Below, piece after piece: positions 12,876-24,866 of a DNA stretch of 64,000 nt. The first letter of the stretch is position 1, and each line of letters opens with the position of its first letter. The stretch is from assembly GCA_964016885.1 (NCBI GenBank), contig OZ024745.1, positions 79,484,001 through 79,548,000 of the forward strand, written 5' to 3'. A program made the translations under genes and the position numbers. The stretch comes from Eledone cirrhosa (Eukaryota). The notes under the pieces are model-generated. The model made no database searches. It was not told the origin of the DNA and saw nothing but the letters and a program-made list of their open reading frames with translations.

Positions 12876-13030
12876 TTCATTATTTCTGAAGACGGCATAT
12901 ATATGTGTTTGGTATGTATATTTAATTTTGATAGTTTGTATAATTTTGTATAATTTTGTACATAGATCTGTTGAATATGCATGCCAATTCTAACACATAT
13001 ATATCCTAGAAACGATCGTTAAATAATGAA
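12876..13030 (+). ncRNA. Type-I hammerhead ribozyme motif with a greatly extended stem II
   Basis: Perfect 10-bp stem I TTCATTATTT/AAATAATGAA; CTGAAGA 12886-92; GAAA 13009-12; palindromic C-GATC-G; GTT cleavage site after 13020; 116-nt stem II with 13-bp and 14-bp helices. Confidence 0.7.
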
Positions 13031-13224
13031 CTTTTTTTGTTTAATATAAGGAACTGTTTCATTGTTTTATTCATTATTTTTTTAATATTTTATCTTGACT
13101 CTGTATTCCGTTTATCTTTCACCGAAAGTGATTTTTCATTGCATCTCTTCTTTCCATGATATCCGGATTACATTGAGTTCTTCATACAGATTGGACACTA
13201 CCGTAAACTCTTGGTAGATTTATC

Positions 13225-13297
<73 letters not shown>

Positions 13298-13786
13298 TTT
13301 TATATATATACATATATAGAGCAAACATCACGGGCGCTCTATCTCAAAATTATTTTTGAAAAGCATTAGAAATGCGCAACCGGTAAAACTTAAAACCAAA
13401 ACTGAATACTAACCAATACTATTACTAATTTTTACTTATTCCTAATTAAACTATTTTTCACTGGGAACAATTTGTCAGCATTTTCTTTTCCTCTTACGAA
13501 TACATATATATATTTAAATCGTTTTTTAATTTATTTAGAGAATTGTTTGATAACCGCTTGCTCCGCAACTTTTTATATTGTTCTGGTGTCTCGAATTAGT
13601 ACCATTCAACCACAAATATTATAAACAACTTGCATATTTCTACAAGTACATAGTACCTGTTAAAGTATTCATCCACTTTTATATATATATATTATATATA
13701 TATATATATATTGGAAAATGTGTGTAATCCTTGGTACAGTTAGGTATATTAAGACAGGGGGGAAGAAAAAAATGGCTTCACTTGTG

Positions 13787-13975
13787 CTTTCAACAAATTT
13801 ATTTTCTTCACAAAATCCCAAAAGAATTTTTTTCCGGATTAGAAAAAATTTTTTCTTAAAAAAAATTTTTTTTATAAATTAAATTTATAAAAAAAATTTT
13901 CTTTAAGAAAAAAATTTTTCTAATCCGGAAAAAAATTCTTTTGGGATTTCGTGAAGAAAATAAATTTGTTGAAAG
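13787..13975. repeat. Near-perfect palindrome of about 190 bp
   Basis: CTTTCAACAAATTT...AAATTTGTTGAAAG, centre near 13881, essentially no spacer. Confidence 0.9.
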
Positions 13976-14170
13976 GCCGGTTGTATGATGCCTGTGTGAG
14001 GAGCGCGATGCTGCAACCGCAGAGGATATGCGACGGCTGGAGAGAAATGAGGCAAGCATGCTCCGTTGGATGTGCAGTGTAAATGTGCGTGAACGACCCA
14101 GCATAAATGTGTTGAGAGGGATAGAATGTAGTGTACGGGAGAGGAGACTGAGGTGGTATGGACATGTGAT

Positions 14171-14175
<5 letters not shown>
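13975..14175 (+). mobile_element. Internally deleted RTE fragment (same subfamily as 5394-5902)
   Basis: [31 protein letters not shown]. Confidence 0.9.
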
Positions 14176-14221
<46 letters not shown>

Positions 14222-14246
14222 CTCATAGCCAGAGTAAACCTATATA

Positions 14247-14280
<34 letters not shown>

Positions 14281-14365
14281 CTCACAGCCAGAGTAAACCT
14301 CTTCAAATGAAGTCTGTGTTATAACGGTATGTCGAACCTATTTGTCTATAAAACTGTTTATATTG

Positions 14366-14431
14366 TATTTTGTCTGATGAAGGCATAGCACATTGTTAAT
14401 ATGATATCCCTGAAATATATATAATGAAATA
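14366..14431 (+). ncRNA. Hammerhead motif, second dispersed copy of the 4741 family (repeat copy spans 14326-14479)
   Basis: TATTTTGT-CTGATGA (14374-80)-stem II-GAAA (14412-15)-TATATA-TA|ATGAAATA. Confidence 0.65.
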
Positions 14432-14484
14432 GATATGGTTTTATAAATATAGTTTTCCATTTATTTAATATTGTATATACTTAT

Positions 14485-14830
14485 GGAGGCACATGGCTTA
14501 GTGGTTAGAGCATTGGCCTTGCAATCGAAAGGTTGTGAGTTCAATTCTCAGATCAGGTGATGTGTTGTTTCCTTGAGCAAGACACTTTATTTCACATTGC
14601 TCCAGTTTACTCAGCTGTAGAAATGAGATGATAGGGACTGGGGTCCATATCATTCCACTGCAAAGTGGTCGTGGAGGTGCCACGGCAAAAAAGCACCCAG
14701 CACTCATTGTAAATGAGGTTGGTGTTAGGAAGGGCATCCAGCTGTAGAAATCAAGCCAAAAATCAGTTCCCGTCCCACCCTTGCAAGCAGGGAAAAGCGG
14801 ACGTAAAATGAAATGATAAAATGAAATGAT
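14485..14830 (+). mobile_element. Full-length tRNA-derived SINE with an RTE-like 3' tail
   Basis: A-box TGGCTTAGTGG, B-box GAGTTCAATTC, central CCTTGAGCAAGACACTT core, tail GGTGTTAGGAAGGGCATCCAGCTGTAGAAA shared with the RTE 3' UTR, (ATGAA)n end. Confidence 0.9.
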
Positions 14831-14850
14831 ACTCATATATATATATACTA

Positions 14851-16959
14851 AAGACGGGTAAGGCGGCTGGTCCTTTGGAAATAGTTGCTGAGATGCTGAA
14901 GGCCTCTGGAACGGTGGGACACACCATGGTCACCCGGATAGTAAACCAAGTCATACAGAATGGGGTTGTTCCGAAGGACTGGCGTAGCAGCATCATCATT
15001 AACTGCTACAAGGGTAAAGGAGACGCCCTAGATAGGAGTAACTAGAGGCATTAAATTAATCGACCAAGTCATGAAGGTCACGGAAAAAGTAATAGTGCAA
15101 CTAATCAGAGAGAGAATCGATCTAGATGAAATGCAGTTCGGGTTTGTGTCAGGCAAAAGTACCACAGACGCTCTTTTCATTGTACGACAACTACAGGAGA
15201 AGTTCCTAGCTAAAAGTAAACCCATATACTTAGCCTTTGTCGACTTGGAGAAAGCCTTTGACAGAGTCCCCCGTTCCATTATCTGGTGGGCTCTTAGAAA
15301 ACTAGGTGTTGACGAATGGCTTGTGAGAGCTATACAAGCCATGTATAAAGAAACAGTGAGCAAGGTTAGAATTAACAACGAATATAGTGAAGAGTTTAGC
15401 GTAAAAGTTGGTGTCCATCAGGGCTCTGTTCTTAGCCCCCTACTATTTATTATTGCTCTTCAGGCTATAACAGAGGAATTCAAGACCGGCTGCCCTATAC
15501 GCAGATGACCTAACGCTCATAGCTGAATCAATGGCCGAGCTAGAGAAGAAATTCCAAACATGGAAGCACGGCCTAGAATCAAAAGGCCTTAAAATTAACC
15601 TGGCTAAGACTAAAGTTCTAGTTTGTAGGAAAGAAAATAAGGCGCCGGTCCCTTCTGGGAAATGGCCATGCTCAGTGTGTAGGAAAGGCGTAGGTAGAAA
15701 CTCCATTTTATGTCCCAAATGCAAAGTATGGGTGCATAAAAGATGTAGTGGGATCACAGGTAAGCTAACTAAGAACACAGATTTTACATGTGGCCGGTGC
15801 TCTGGTGCAATAAGTAGCAGCAAGTGCCCACAAAATACTAGCTCTTTCAACTGCACAGAGTGTTCTATAGAAATAGTGGACAGCTTCCGTTACCTGGGTG
15901 ACAAAATCAGCAGTGGGGGAGGGTGCTCTGAAAGTACAGTAGCTAGATTCAGAACTGGATGGAAAAAGTTCAGAGAGCTTATACCACTATTAGCCGCTAA
16001 AGGGTTCTCCCTAAAAATGAAAGGCAGGTTGTATGATGCCTGCATACGAACAGCAATGTTGCATGGCAGTGAGACCTGGGCATTGTGTGCAGAGGATATA
16101 CGCAGACTAGAGAGGAACGAAGCTTGCATGCTCCACTGGATGTGTAATAGTAATATACGTGAACGGCAAAGCATAAACGAACTAAGGAAAAAATTAGAAA
16201 TAAGAGGGATCAGATGTTGTTTACTCGAGAGAAGGCTACGTTGGTGTGGTCACGTGATGCCCATGAAAGACGACAGCTGTATAGCAAAGTGCTGGGCAAT
16301 AAAGATAGATGGTAGCCACGGAGTAGGCAGACCCAGAAAAACCTGGGACGAGCTGATAAATTCCGACCTCACACACTTACACCTCTCCAAGACAATGTCA
16401 CTGGACCGAGACCTTTGGCGGTACTCAGTAATAGAGAAGACCTGCCTTACCTAAATACAAAGTAAAACCTACTACAGTCAGTAGGCATCTCTAACAAAAT
16501 ACACCCCCGTCCCACCACCCCCACCCCATCCACACCGCCCCTTTCAATGTAAAGTTATGTTGGTGCCACAAAATCCAGGCCGAAACAAATGAGATCGTGT
16601 AGGTGTCACAACAAAAAAACACACAGTCCACGCTGTAATGTGACCGTGTAGACAACACGGTAAAAACCTCCCAGTCCCACACTGTAAATGTGGTTGGTGT
16701 TAGGAAGGGCATCCAGCTGTAGAAAACCCGCCAGACAGTCCACGCTGTAATGTGGCCGTGTAGGCAACACGGTAAAAACCTCCCAGCCCCACACTGTAAA
16801 TGTGGTTGGTGTTAGGAAGGGCATCCAACTGTAGAAAACCCGCCAGACAGTCCTATGCGAGCAAGACAACCACTCTTGCCTCAAGTGGGAAAACTCCCGT
16901 CCAAACCCATGCAAGCGTGGAACATGGACGTTAAACGATGATGATGATGATGATGATGA
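14851..16959 (+). mobile_element. RTE LINE copy 4, 5'-truncated, frameshifted
   Basis: ORFs 15071-15508 and 15531-16454. The 3' UTR has a 112-bp tandem duplication (units start 16623 and 16735) and a (GAT)n tail. Confidence 0.95.
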
Positions 16960-16971
16960 CTTATATATATA

Positions 16972-17623
16972 CAGTGCATCTTCGCTTATCTGGATATCGC
17001 TTTTCCGAAATTCGATTTACCGGACGGCTATTTCTATACTACCTCTGGATGAGGAGGACTTGATTTTGGCAGATGGACAGATTCGTTCAGCATTTCTTCC
17101 GGCGAACGTTACGTCACTTATTCAGCACATGGACCAGGAAGTTTTGGAGACAGTAAAGTGGATTTACAGAAAACAATTGCTGCGGGATTTAATTGGAAAA
17201 GGGGGTGCGGGAATGATTCCATTTTTACGTGCGATAAACATGAGGGAGGTGGTTGACCGTTCAGCTGTTGCGTGGGGAAATGGTAGCGGAACGACAAGCT
17301 TCGGTGCGAAAACAATCTTCTATATATTCATTTTTAAAAAAGTACTAACTTTTTATGGTTTGACTCAATTCAGTTTTACCAAGTTTTTAGTTATTCTTAT
17401 GTTTGTTTAATCAATTTTCTTATAAATTCTAGCTGTTCTTTTGCTATTCTAATAAACTTTCTTTACTTTGTCTTTTATTTTGACTAAAAGAAGCCAAAAC
17501 ATTAGAAACCACGAGCATTATGTAACAATGGGATTTTAGAATTCACTTATCCGGATATTTCACTTAACCGGATCTTTTTCTAACTGTTTGGTTTTGACTG
17601 TCTGGATAAGTGAAGATTCACTG
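16972..17623 (+). mobile_element. Internally deleted Tigger/pogo (Tc1-mariner) DNA transposon
   Basis: TIRs CAGTGCATCTTCGCTTATCTGGA / TCTGGATAAGTGAAGATTCACTG, with TA on the left flank. ORF remnant FLPANVTSLIQHMDQEVLETVKWIYRKQLL matches the DDE_1 motif LPxNxTSLxQPxDQG. Confidence 0.85.
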
Positions 17624-17639
17624 TGTATATATATATATA

Positions 17640-17673
<34 letters not shown>

Positions 17674-18139
17674 TATATATATATATATATATGTCTAACC
17701 CATGCTAGCGTGGAAGATGGACGTTAAACGATGATGATGATGATGATATATATATATATGACTTTGTCAACCTTTATATAACTAGGTCCATCAAATTGAA
17801 GCCTCTGCATTTTAGAATTTGTTTTGAAGTTGAGGACAATACTGCAATGCCACTCACTGAAGATAACTTCTCACATTTTATTTAATTGAACAAATGATTA
17901 GTATGGTATCACTGCAATTTTATGTTTTCATCACATCAGCAAGTATAACAAATGACTCCTGGGGCTTTCTCTACCTTCATGTCTTTTTTTTTCTTATTAA
18001 TCATGATTGAATTATGCTCTATACCTAGTCCCTAAACTTAGGGCAGGGTTTTACTATTCCCATCCTTCTGCAATCTCTCTTAGTAATACTCCCATGAATA
18101 TTTCTTTCCATTGTTACTTAAAGCAAGTGTGACAGCTTT

Positions 18140-18510
18140 TGGTGCTGCAACAATAAAAGCACCCAGTCCACTCTGTAAAGTGATTGTGCTGGTGATACAA
18201 CAAAAATGCATGCAGTCCACTCTGTAAAGTGGTCATGCTGGTACCACGATAAAATAAAAAAGCACTCAGTCCATCCTGTTAGGTGGTCGTGCTGGTGACA
18301 TTTCAAAACAACCCACTCAGCTCACCCTACTGGTACCACATTGTATTTTGGCATGGTTTCTGTTGATGTTAGGAAGGGCATCCAGCCATAGAAACCAACC
18401 CAAAAGAATAGATCTTTATGAGCAAGGCATGGTCATCTGACTTGACTTGTCTCATAATGTGACAATCCATGCAAGCATAGAAGATAAATATTGATAATGA
18501 TGATGATTTC
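18140..18510 (+). repeat. Tandem array of units of about 48 bp derived from the RTE/SINE 3' tail, ending in the tail itself
   Basis: Repeated GGTGNCACRAYAAAAAGCACCCAGTCCACNCTGTAAAGTGGTC-like units, then GGAAGGGCATCCAGCC and (GAT)n. Confidence 0.8.
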
Positions 18511-18559
18511 TCATACTTGATTCATTGTGTAATTATTTTCTAAATTTCTTCTTCTTTAG

Positions 18560-18721
18560 TCCATTGCAAACCTTGGCTGGTCAAAGCCAACCCTAATTCA
18601 AGAAACGGCTATTCCATTAGCTTTAGAAGGGAAAAATATTTTAATTGAAGCTAAAACTGGATCTGGAAAAACTGCTGCTTTTGCAATTCCCATTATTCAG
18701 AAGATTTTATTGTCAAAACAA
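18560..18721 (+). CDS. DDX56: DDX56 exon (Q motif, Walker A)
   Basis: [54 protein letters not shown]; ttag/gtaagt. Confidence 0.95.
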
Positions 18722-21700
18722 GTAAGTCATCTTTGTTTTTCTAAAACTGATATAATTATGTTTGTGTCATTTGAAGTTTAATTGTAGTGAGTCCTTTTGC
18801 TCATTAGGTCATAGGTCACCACTGAAGAATACATCTTTTATTGTCGTCATCATCATCATCATCATACACCCATTTGTCAAATTCTTTGTGGTGGGTTTTG
18901 GAAACTGATCTCTGATCAGGCAAATAACAGGAAACCTAAGACCAACTCAGACACAAAAAGAAGGCACTACTTAAAACAATGAGTTTTTACAACCCAGTAG
19001 GAGTTATTTTCGAAGATTTTTTTTTTTTTTCCTTATGTTCAAGTTATACCAGCATGAGAAGTGGATGTAAAAACATTGATGATGGATTGGACTATCACTG
19101 TTCAGAGTTAAATGTCGTGGACATAACCACAATGTAGTCAGGAGTAAGATTTCAGTCTTATGCCAGATTGAAAGAAAAAGTATTAAGTTAGAGAAAAATA
19201 TGTATGTGTGTATGGGATATTTATGTAAAGTTCAAATTATAAAAATTTGTTGGAAATATTTTCAAGGGAGTGCATAAATAACACTAACGACGATGTAGTA
19301 AATGTAGAAAAACAGTGTTTCACTTCAAATATTTTAGCAACATAGAATTTAAAGTTGGTGAAAATCAGAAAAATATTAGCCTCAAATATAAGCTGACCCC
19401 TCCCCCCTCCATTTTACCATCATTTATTTTTACACACATTTCTCTCAGCTTATATACAGTACACACACACACATGAGACTCCATACAGTTTCTATTTATC
19501 ATTTTCACTGACAGGGCATTGGTTGACTTGACCTGTAAATGACTTGTCCAAGAGGTTGCACAGTAAAGTCAAACGAAATATCACTTAGTTGTAAAAGGAA
19601 CTTCTTAACCACACAACTATACCGGCTTGTTAAATATTTGTTTTTAATATTTTTTAGTCAGCTCTTGAACAGTCAGTGAAAGCCATAGTCATAACACCAT
19701 CTAAACAGCTTTGTGTACAAGCTTGTAAAGTTATAAAGGTGAGTGATGTTTAACTATTTTATCTTTTTTCTCTCTCATGTACTATTTATTTTCTACTAAA
19801 TCATTAAAATAATGTGCCAGCTTCAGCATTTGGTTATCAGAAGAAAGGAGGTAGATGTAAAAGCTAAACTCGTTATCTTGACAGTGTTCATGCCTACTCT
19901 TACCTATAATGTCTAAGGAAAGAATTGCTGGACAGATTTTATGGGCAAAACTAACCAGCAGGAGACCCAGGGGTTGACTCTGAGCAAGGTGTTTGATAAC
20001 ATCCATGAGCTTCGTTGGTCCTGCTTGGGGATTCAGCCAAATCAATTGGAAATAGTCGGTTTTGATTGGACCTTCTGGAAAGTTTTAATTTTAGGAGCCT
20101 TTAACCCTTTTGCATTTACATTACTCTGTCAAATGTCATGTTTATCTATTCACATTATTTTTAGTTAATCATACTTAAGAGGGTTATCAACTATATTTGT
20201 TTGTAATTTTGTTAATTTTCCATGTGCAGACTTGAAATTTTGTCAGTAGCTGTTTAAATATCAATAATTTACGATTATCTATTTTTACCTGATTTTTTTG
20301 TTAAATTTGACTTTTATGGGCAGGTGAAATTAATTAACAGGTGTAAAAGTAATGACTTTATGGATAAACACAAAAATTTTAACTTGATGTGCCTTACCTG
20401 TTAGGTTTGTTTAAAAAATTATCCACCAATGACCTAGGTGTTGACTTCCAACAATTTTAACACTTCTCACAAACAGTTGAATTAATTTAAATATAGGTAT
20501 AATCAGTACATTCCATGTAAATATTTTCATTGAAAAAAAATATATAAAACCCTTTTACCAGTCAATATACTATTGGCAATGTACTCTTACACAATGTACT
20601 GGGTAGATTTACACAACAGAATGTGCCGAATATGTAAGTTCTCTTTTGCAAAGAGCACATTTGGCAAACCTTGCTCCCATTAATTTCCTCTATTTTATGA
20701 AAAAAACAATATTTTATTTATTTATCTCAGATGATTTTGATTTTCTCCCAGCTTTGTGTTTGCGAGAAGTATATTCTCCACATAGCTGAGATGCAACGTC
20801 CACATGAAATTCCATTGTGGATCCTTGTGGCTTTTAGTGAATACAATAAAAGAATTCACTAAAAACCACAAAATATATCTCCACCATTTCTTTCCAGGAT
20901 GTCCAACTGGGTAATAGGCACAATACTGGTCAGATTTGTTGATCCCCACCTACATTTTTATTGTAAGAGAGGTTAACTAAAGATTTACCTTCAGCCCCTA
21001 CACCTGGTTGTTGGTTAGAAGATAGGAATAACGTTTTAAAATTTTGTTAGTTTTATTTCTTGGGGTAGCCCTTTGCGATTCCCCATTATTCTACTGCAGA
21101 TGTACGTATTTATGAGGGCAAGATTCTCTGTCAGAAGCACTGAAGAAAAAAAAACGGTCAAAGTATATGTCTGTGTTGAGAGTGGAAGGGTTCAGTCAGA
21201 GACCACACAACATTGTATCCCAATCTATCTTTCTCTCTCCATTATGTTTTTTCCCCGTGTAAATATCAAAGTTTGCACAGTAGCCTGTCCAATTCACAGA
21301 GTTCCCACACTTTGATGCCCCATTTGGTAGGTTTAGCTGGCATATACTGTCTGAAATGTACCCTACCCTTATACCCAATAAGTGTTTCATCAACACAGAT
21401 TTTTTCCAGGTATATATACAGTTTTAAATTTTTCACATAATACATCAAGTAATGGTTGAAAGGATCAAATTCGATTCATTTCTACCAGGGGCATTTGAAG
21501 TGTCGACCAGGTGCAAATACAGATTTAATTTCAAATACTTTGTTTTCGGCATAATACTTGATATATAAGGGTCACTAAACCTTATATCAGCGCTCCAGTA
21601 ATTCCACAGTCTTGGAAATTGCTTTGTACCAAACATATTATATTTATAGTAATAAAGTACCAGTAATGAACTGGGATAATTACTGGCCTTGTGCCTATAT

Positions 21701-24700
21701 AAGAAACCATTATTATAGTAAAAAATACTTGAATTTTCGCCATAATAGATTGGTTTTTCCCAATTTGAAATTTGTTGTTGGGCATATAGATTTCTCCCTT
21801 ATGTTACAACTTTGAAGAAAGGTTAATCTCTTTGATCAGGTCTTAACAAAAATGTCATAAATGTTAAGGTGGTCATGATGGTGACATGACGAAAAAGCAA
21901 CCCGACCACTCTGTCAGGTGGTCATTCTGGTGCCACAATGAAAAAGCAACTAGTCCACCATTAGATGGTTGTGTTAGTTCCACTATGAAAAAGCACCCAA
22001 TCCACCCTGTTAGGTGGCTGTTTTGGTGCCATGGCAAAAAAAACCCACTCCATCCTGTTAGGTGGTCATTCTGGTGCCAGAGTGAAAAAGTACCTTGTCC
22101 ACCTTGTTGTTCTGGTCTGACAACAAAAAGCACTCAGTTCACATTATAAAGTGATTAGCATTTGGAAGGGCAATCAGCCATAGAAACCAATCCCCAAAAC
22201 AGATCTGTATAAGTAAGATGTCATCTGATCTGACCTGGTAAGTCTCAATATGAAAACCTGTCTAACTTCTGCAAGCCTGGAAAATAGATGTTAAATGATG
22301 ATGACAATGTTTTATCACTGACACTTTTTCCAGGATATCAGTGATTATTGTGCCACAGAAATCCAGTGTGTTGATATTAGTCCTAATGAATCACTCTCTG
22401 TTCAAAAGTAAGTCTAAATTTTATATTTTAATTTAACATTTAAAAAAAATTATTCATATTTCTCTAGTATTAAATTTTCATCCTGACAGTTAACCCTTTT
22501 CTGACCATATTTCTAATGAAATACATTCTTTTTCAATTAATGAAGAATTTTGAAGTATTTACTAAAATTTTTATTTCATTATTGTGATAGTAACTTAACA
22601 TGGTTTTTATATAAAATTATATTTGAAGATTTGATTTTAAATCGGTGGTTTTGTTTCATAGAACCAGAGGTAGTTTTGGTCAGGTTGGTATCAAAAGGGT
22701 TAATAGGAACCCTTTACAAATTTTCATTTTGTTCCTAGCCCTTTTATTTATGAGGTTTATAATAATTATTGGGAGGGAAATAAGATATTTTCTCCTTATA
22801 ACCAGCTAAAGTTTCATTTAGTAACAGGCACTGCTGTAAAAAATATCATTGGCTGACAACCTGGAGATTCTAGAGGATACGTCTTTTACAATAGAATCAG
22901 TCACTGGTTTAGGTGATTAGATAAATTATACATGTAGCATCAATCTGATTGGGTTGGTAAACCAATGTCCATTTCTAAAGTAACATCCAGAAAATCTTAT
23001 AGTTTAAGTCAATAGTGATGCTAAGGTCATAATTTTGAAAGAATTTATGTAAAAGTTTTTCATGGTTTCTAGTTATGTAGGTTGAAATTCTTAAGACTGA
23101 AAAGAGCATCATCTCCATATAATCTGCCTTGTAGGGCTGGAATTTTCTTGTTGAGTTTATGTAATAAGAATGCATCAACTAGATCAGGATTTCCCAACCT
23201 GGGCGATATCGCCCATCAATGGGCGATTTCAACTATCGGGTGGGCGATGAACGAATTTTTAGGAAATTGTGGCCGATCTAACATTTTGGTGGGCGACAAA
23301 GGATTTTCGGTAATTAAGTATGTTATTGATCATATAATGGCCAGTATGCTGTAATCACAGAGCTCAGATTCGTTCTTCCCTAGTGTGTCTGCACTAGCTG
23401 CGTCGCATCAGCCTAAAGGATCACACTGAAAACTAAACATGGTGAGTTTGTTTCATTGAGAAACATTTAGCAATCAAAAACTTCATTCTTCTGAATAACG
23501 TTTCAACTCCGAATGCCCATTTTTCAATATTTCATCTCAATAAACATTTCATTTTTTAAGCAACCGTTCTGAATAATGCTTTATTTTTACGTCCTTAAAA
23601 TTACTGCACAGGTGGGCGATGGGAATTTTTGTGTGTGGAAAAGTGGGCGATAACGACAAAAAGGGTTGGGAACTCTTGAACTAGATCAATAACTTGTTCC
23701 GAGTCACTTGACCCCATCGTTATATCAAATGAATCACAGCTCCATATGGTGAAATGTAGGCAACCTGACTAGCATAGTAGTAACTCTAAATAAAAAGCTG
23801 ATACTGGGCAGATGTGGACTCTGTAAGCTCTAGTGAAGGCAACTCGTCTAGTATGGCAGTTACTCCGATTAAATAAAACTCCATGGGGCAGACGTGAGTC
23901 CCATAAGTGATAGTAAAGGCAATCCGTCTAGGCGAGTAGACTGAATAAAAACTGATATAGGGTGAAGAGGTCTCTTGAATCCAAAAAGACAACCTCTCTA
24001 GTGCTAATGGCAAAAAAAATGCACGCATCCAGCCAGAAAAAACACTGCCATCATTATGGAGAGCACAAAACAAGATTCACACTAATTGCGTATACAGGGC
24101 TAACACTAGTCATGTTAGTGTTGCACACGGTAGTTTGTTGGATAGAGTAGCCATGTATGAGAACCCCTCGACTGTCATCAAGCAATCGCACAGCCTTTTT
24201 CCCTTCCGGATAGAACTGCTACTCAAGGAACTAACTACTGTTGAGATACAAATCTCAGGACTGCCACTCTCAATGTTGGCACCCTGAAAGGTAAATTAGG
24301 TGAAATTGTGGAGTTGTTTGAGAGGAGAGAAGTGGATGTGTAAAAGAAGTGAGATTGAGGGGTGTTTCAACGTGACTACTCACAGGCAAACAATGTAGCT
24401 ACAAACTTTTCTGTGTAGGAAATGACAATGAGGTAGGTGGTGTAGGTAGTCTACTGAGAAATAGATAGATAAGGTGATAGAAGTAGTTAGAGTAAGTGAC
24501 AGAATTGTCAAGCTTAGAATAGCTGTAGGAAATCCAATGGGACAATTAAATCTACCTATGTACCACAAGCAAGACTGAATAAAAAACAAAAGGACCGGAT
24601 CTAGGAAGAACCTCTACAGATAATTTCAGTTACTGATGAAAGAGACCATATCATCTTGGCAGGATAGTACCTGGAGTTTATGGTGGCTATGGTTATGGCT

Positions 24701-24828
24701 CAATAAATCAAGTCTCGAGTAAAGTAATATTATGATTACAGGGAACATGATGAGTGGGGAGATGCTAAGTATGGTGAAGCAGACGTAAAAACGATGATGG
24801 GGATATGTATATATCGTGTGTCTATGTG

Positions 24829-24866
<38 letters not shown>

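Noticed and set aside
13540-13570. ELFDNRLLRN as a possible DDX56 exon 1 (resembles GLDxRLL)
   Set aside because: No in-frame ATG and no phase-0 GT donor at the expected position.
14485-14560. tRNA gene candidates here and near 33990, 36318, 39300 and 40535
   Set aside because: A and B boxes are present but there is no cloverleaf; they continue into SINE bodies.
21872-22150. CRISPR-like appearance of the 48-bp arrays
   Set aside because: Units are wholly homologous with no unique spacers, there are no cas genes, and the context is a eukaryotic intron.
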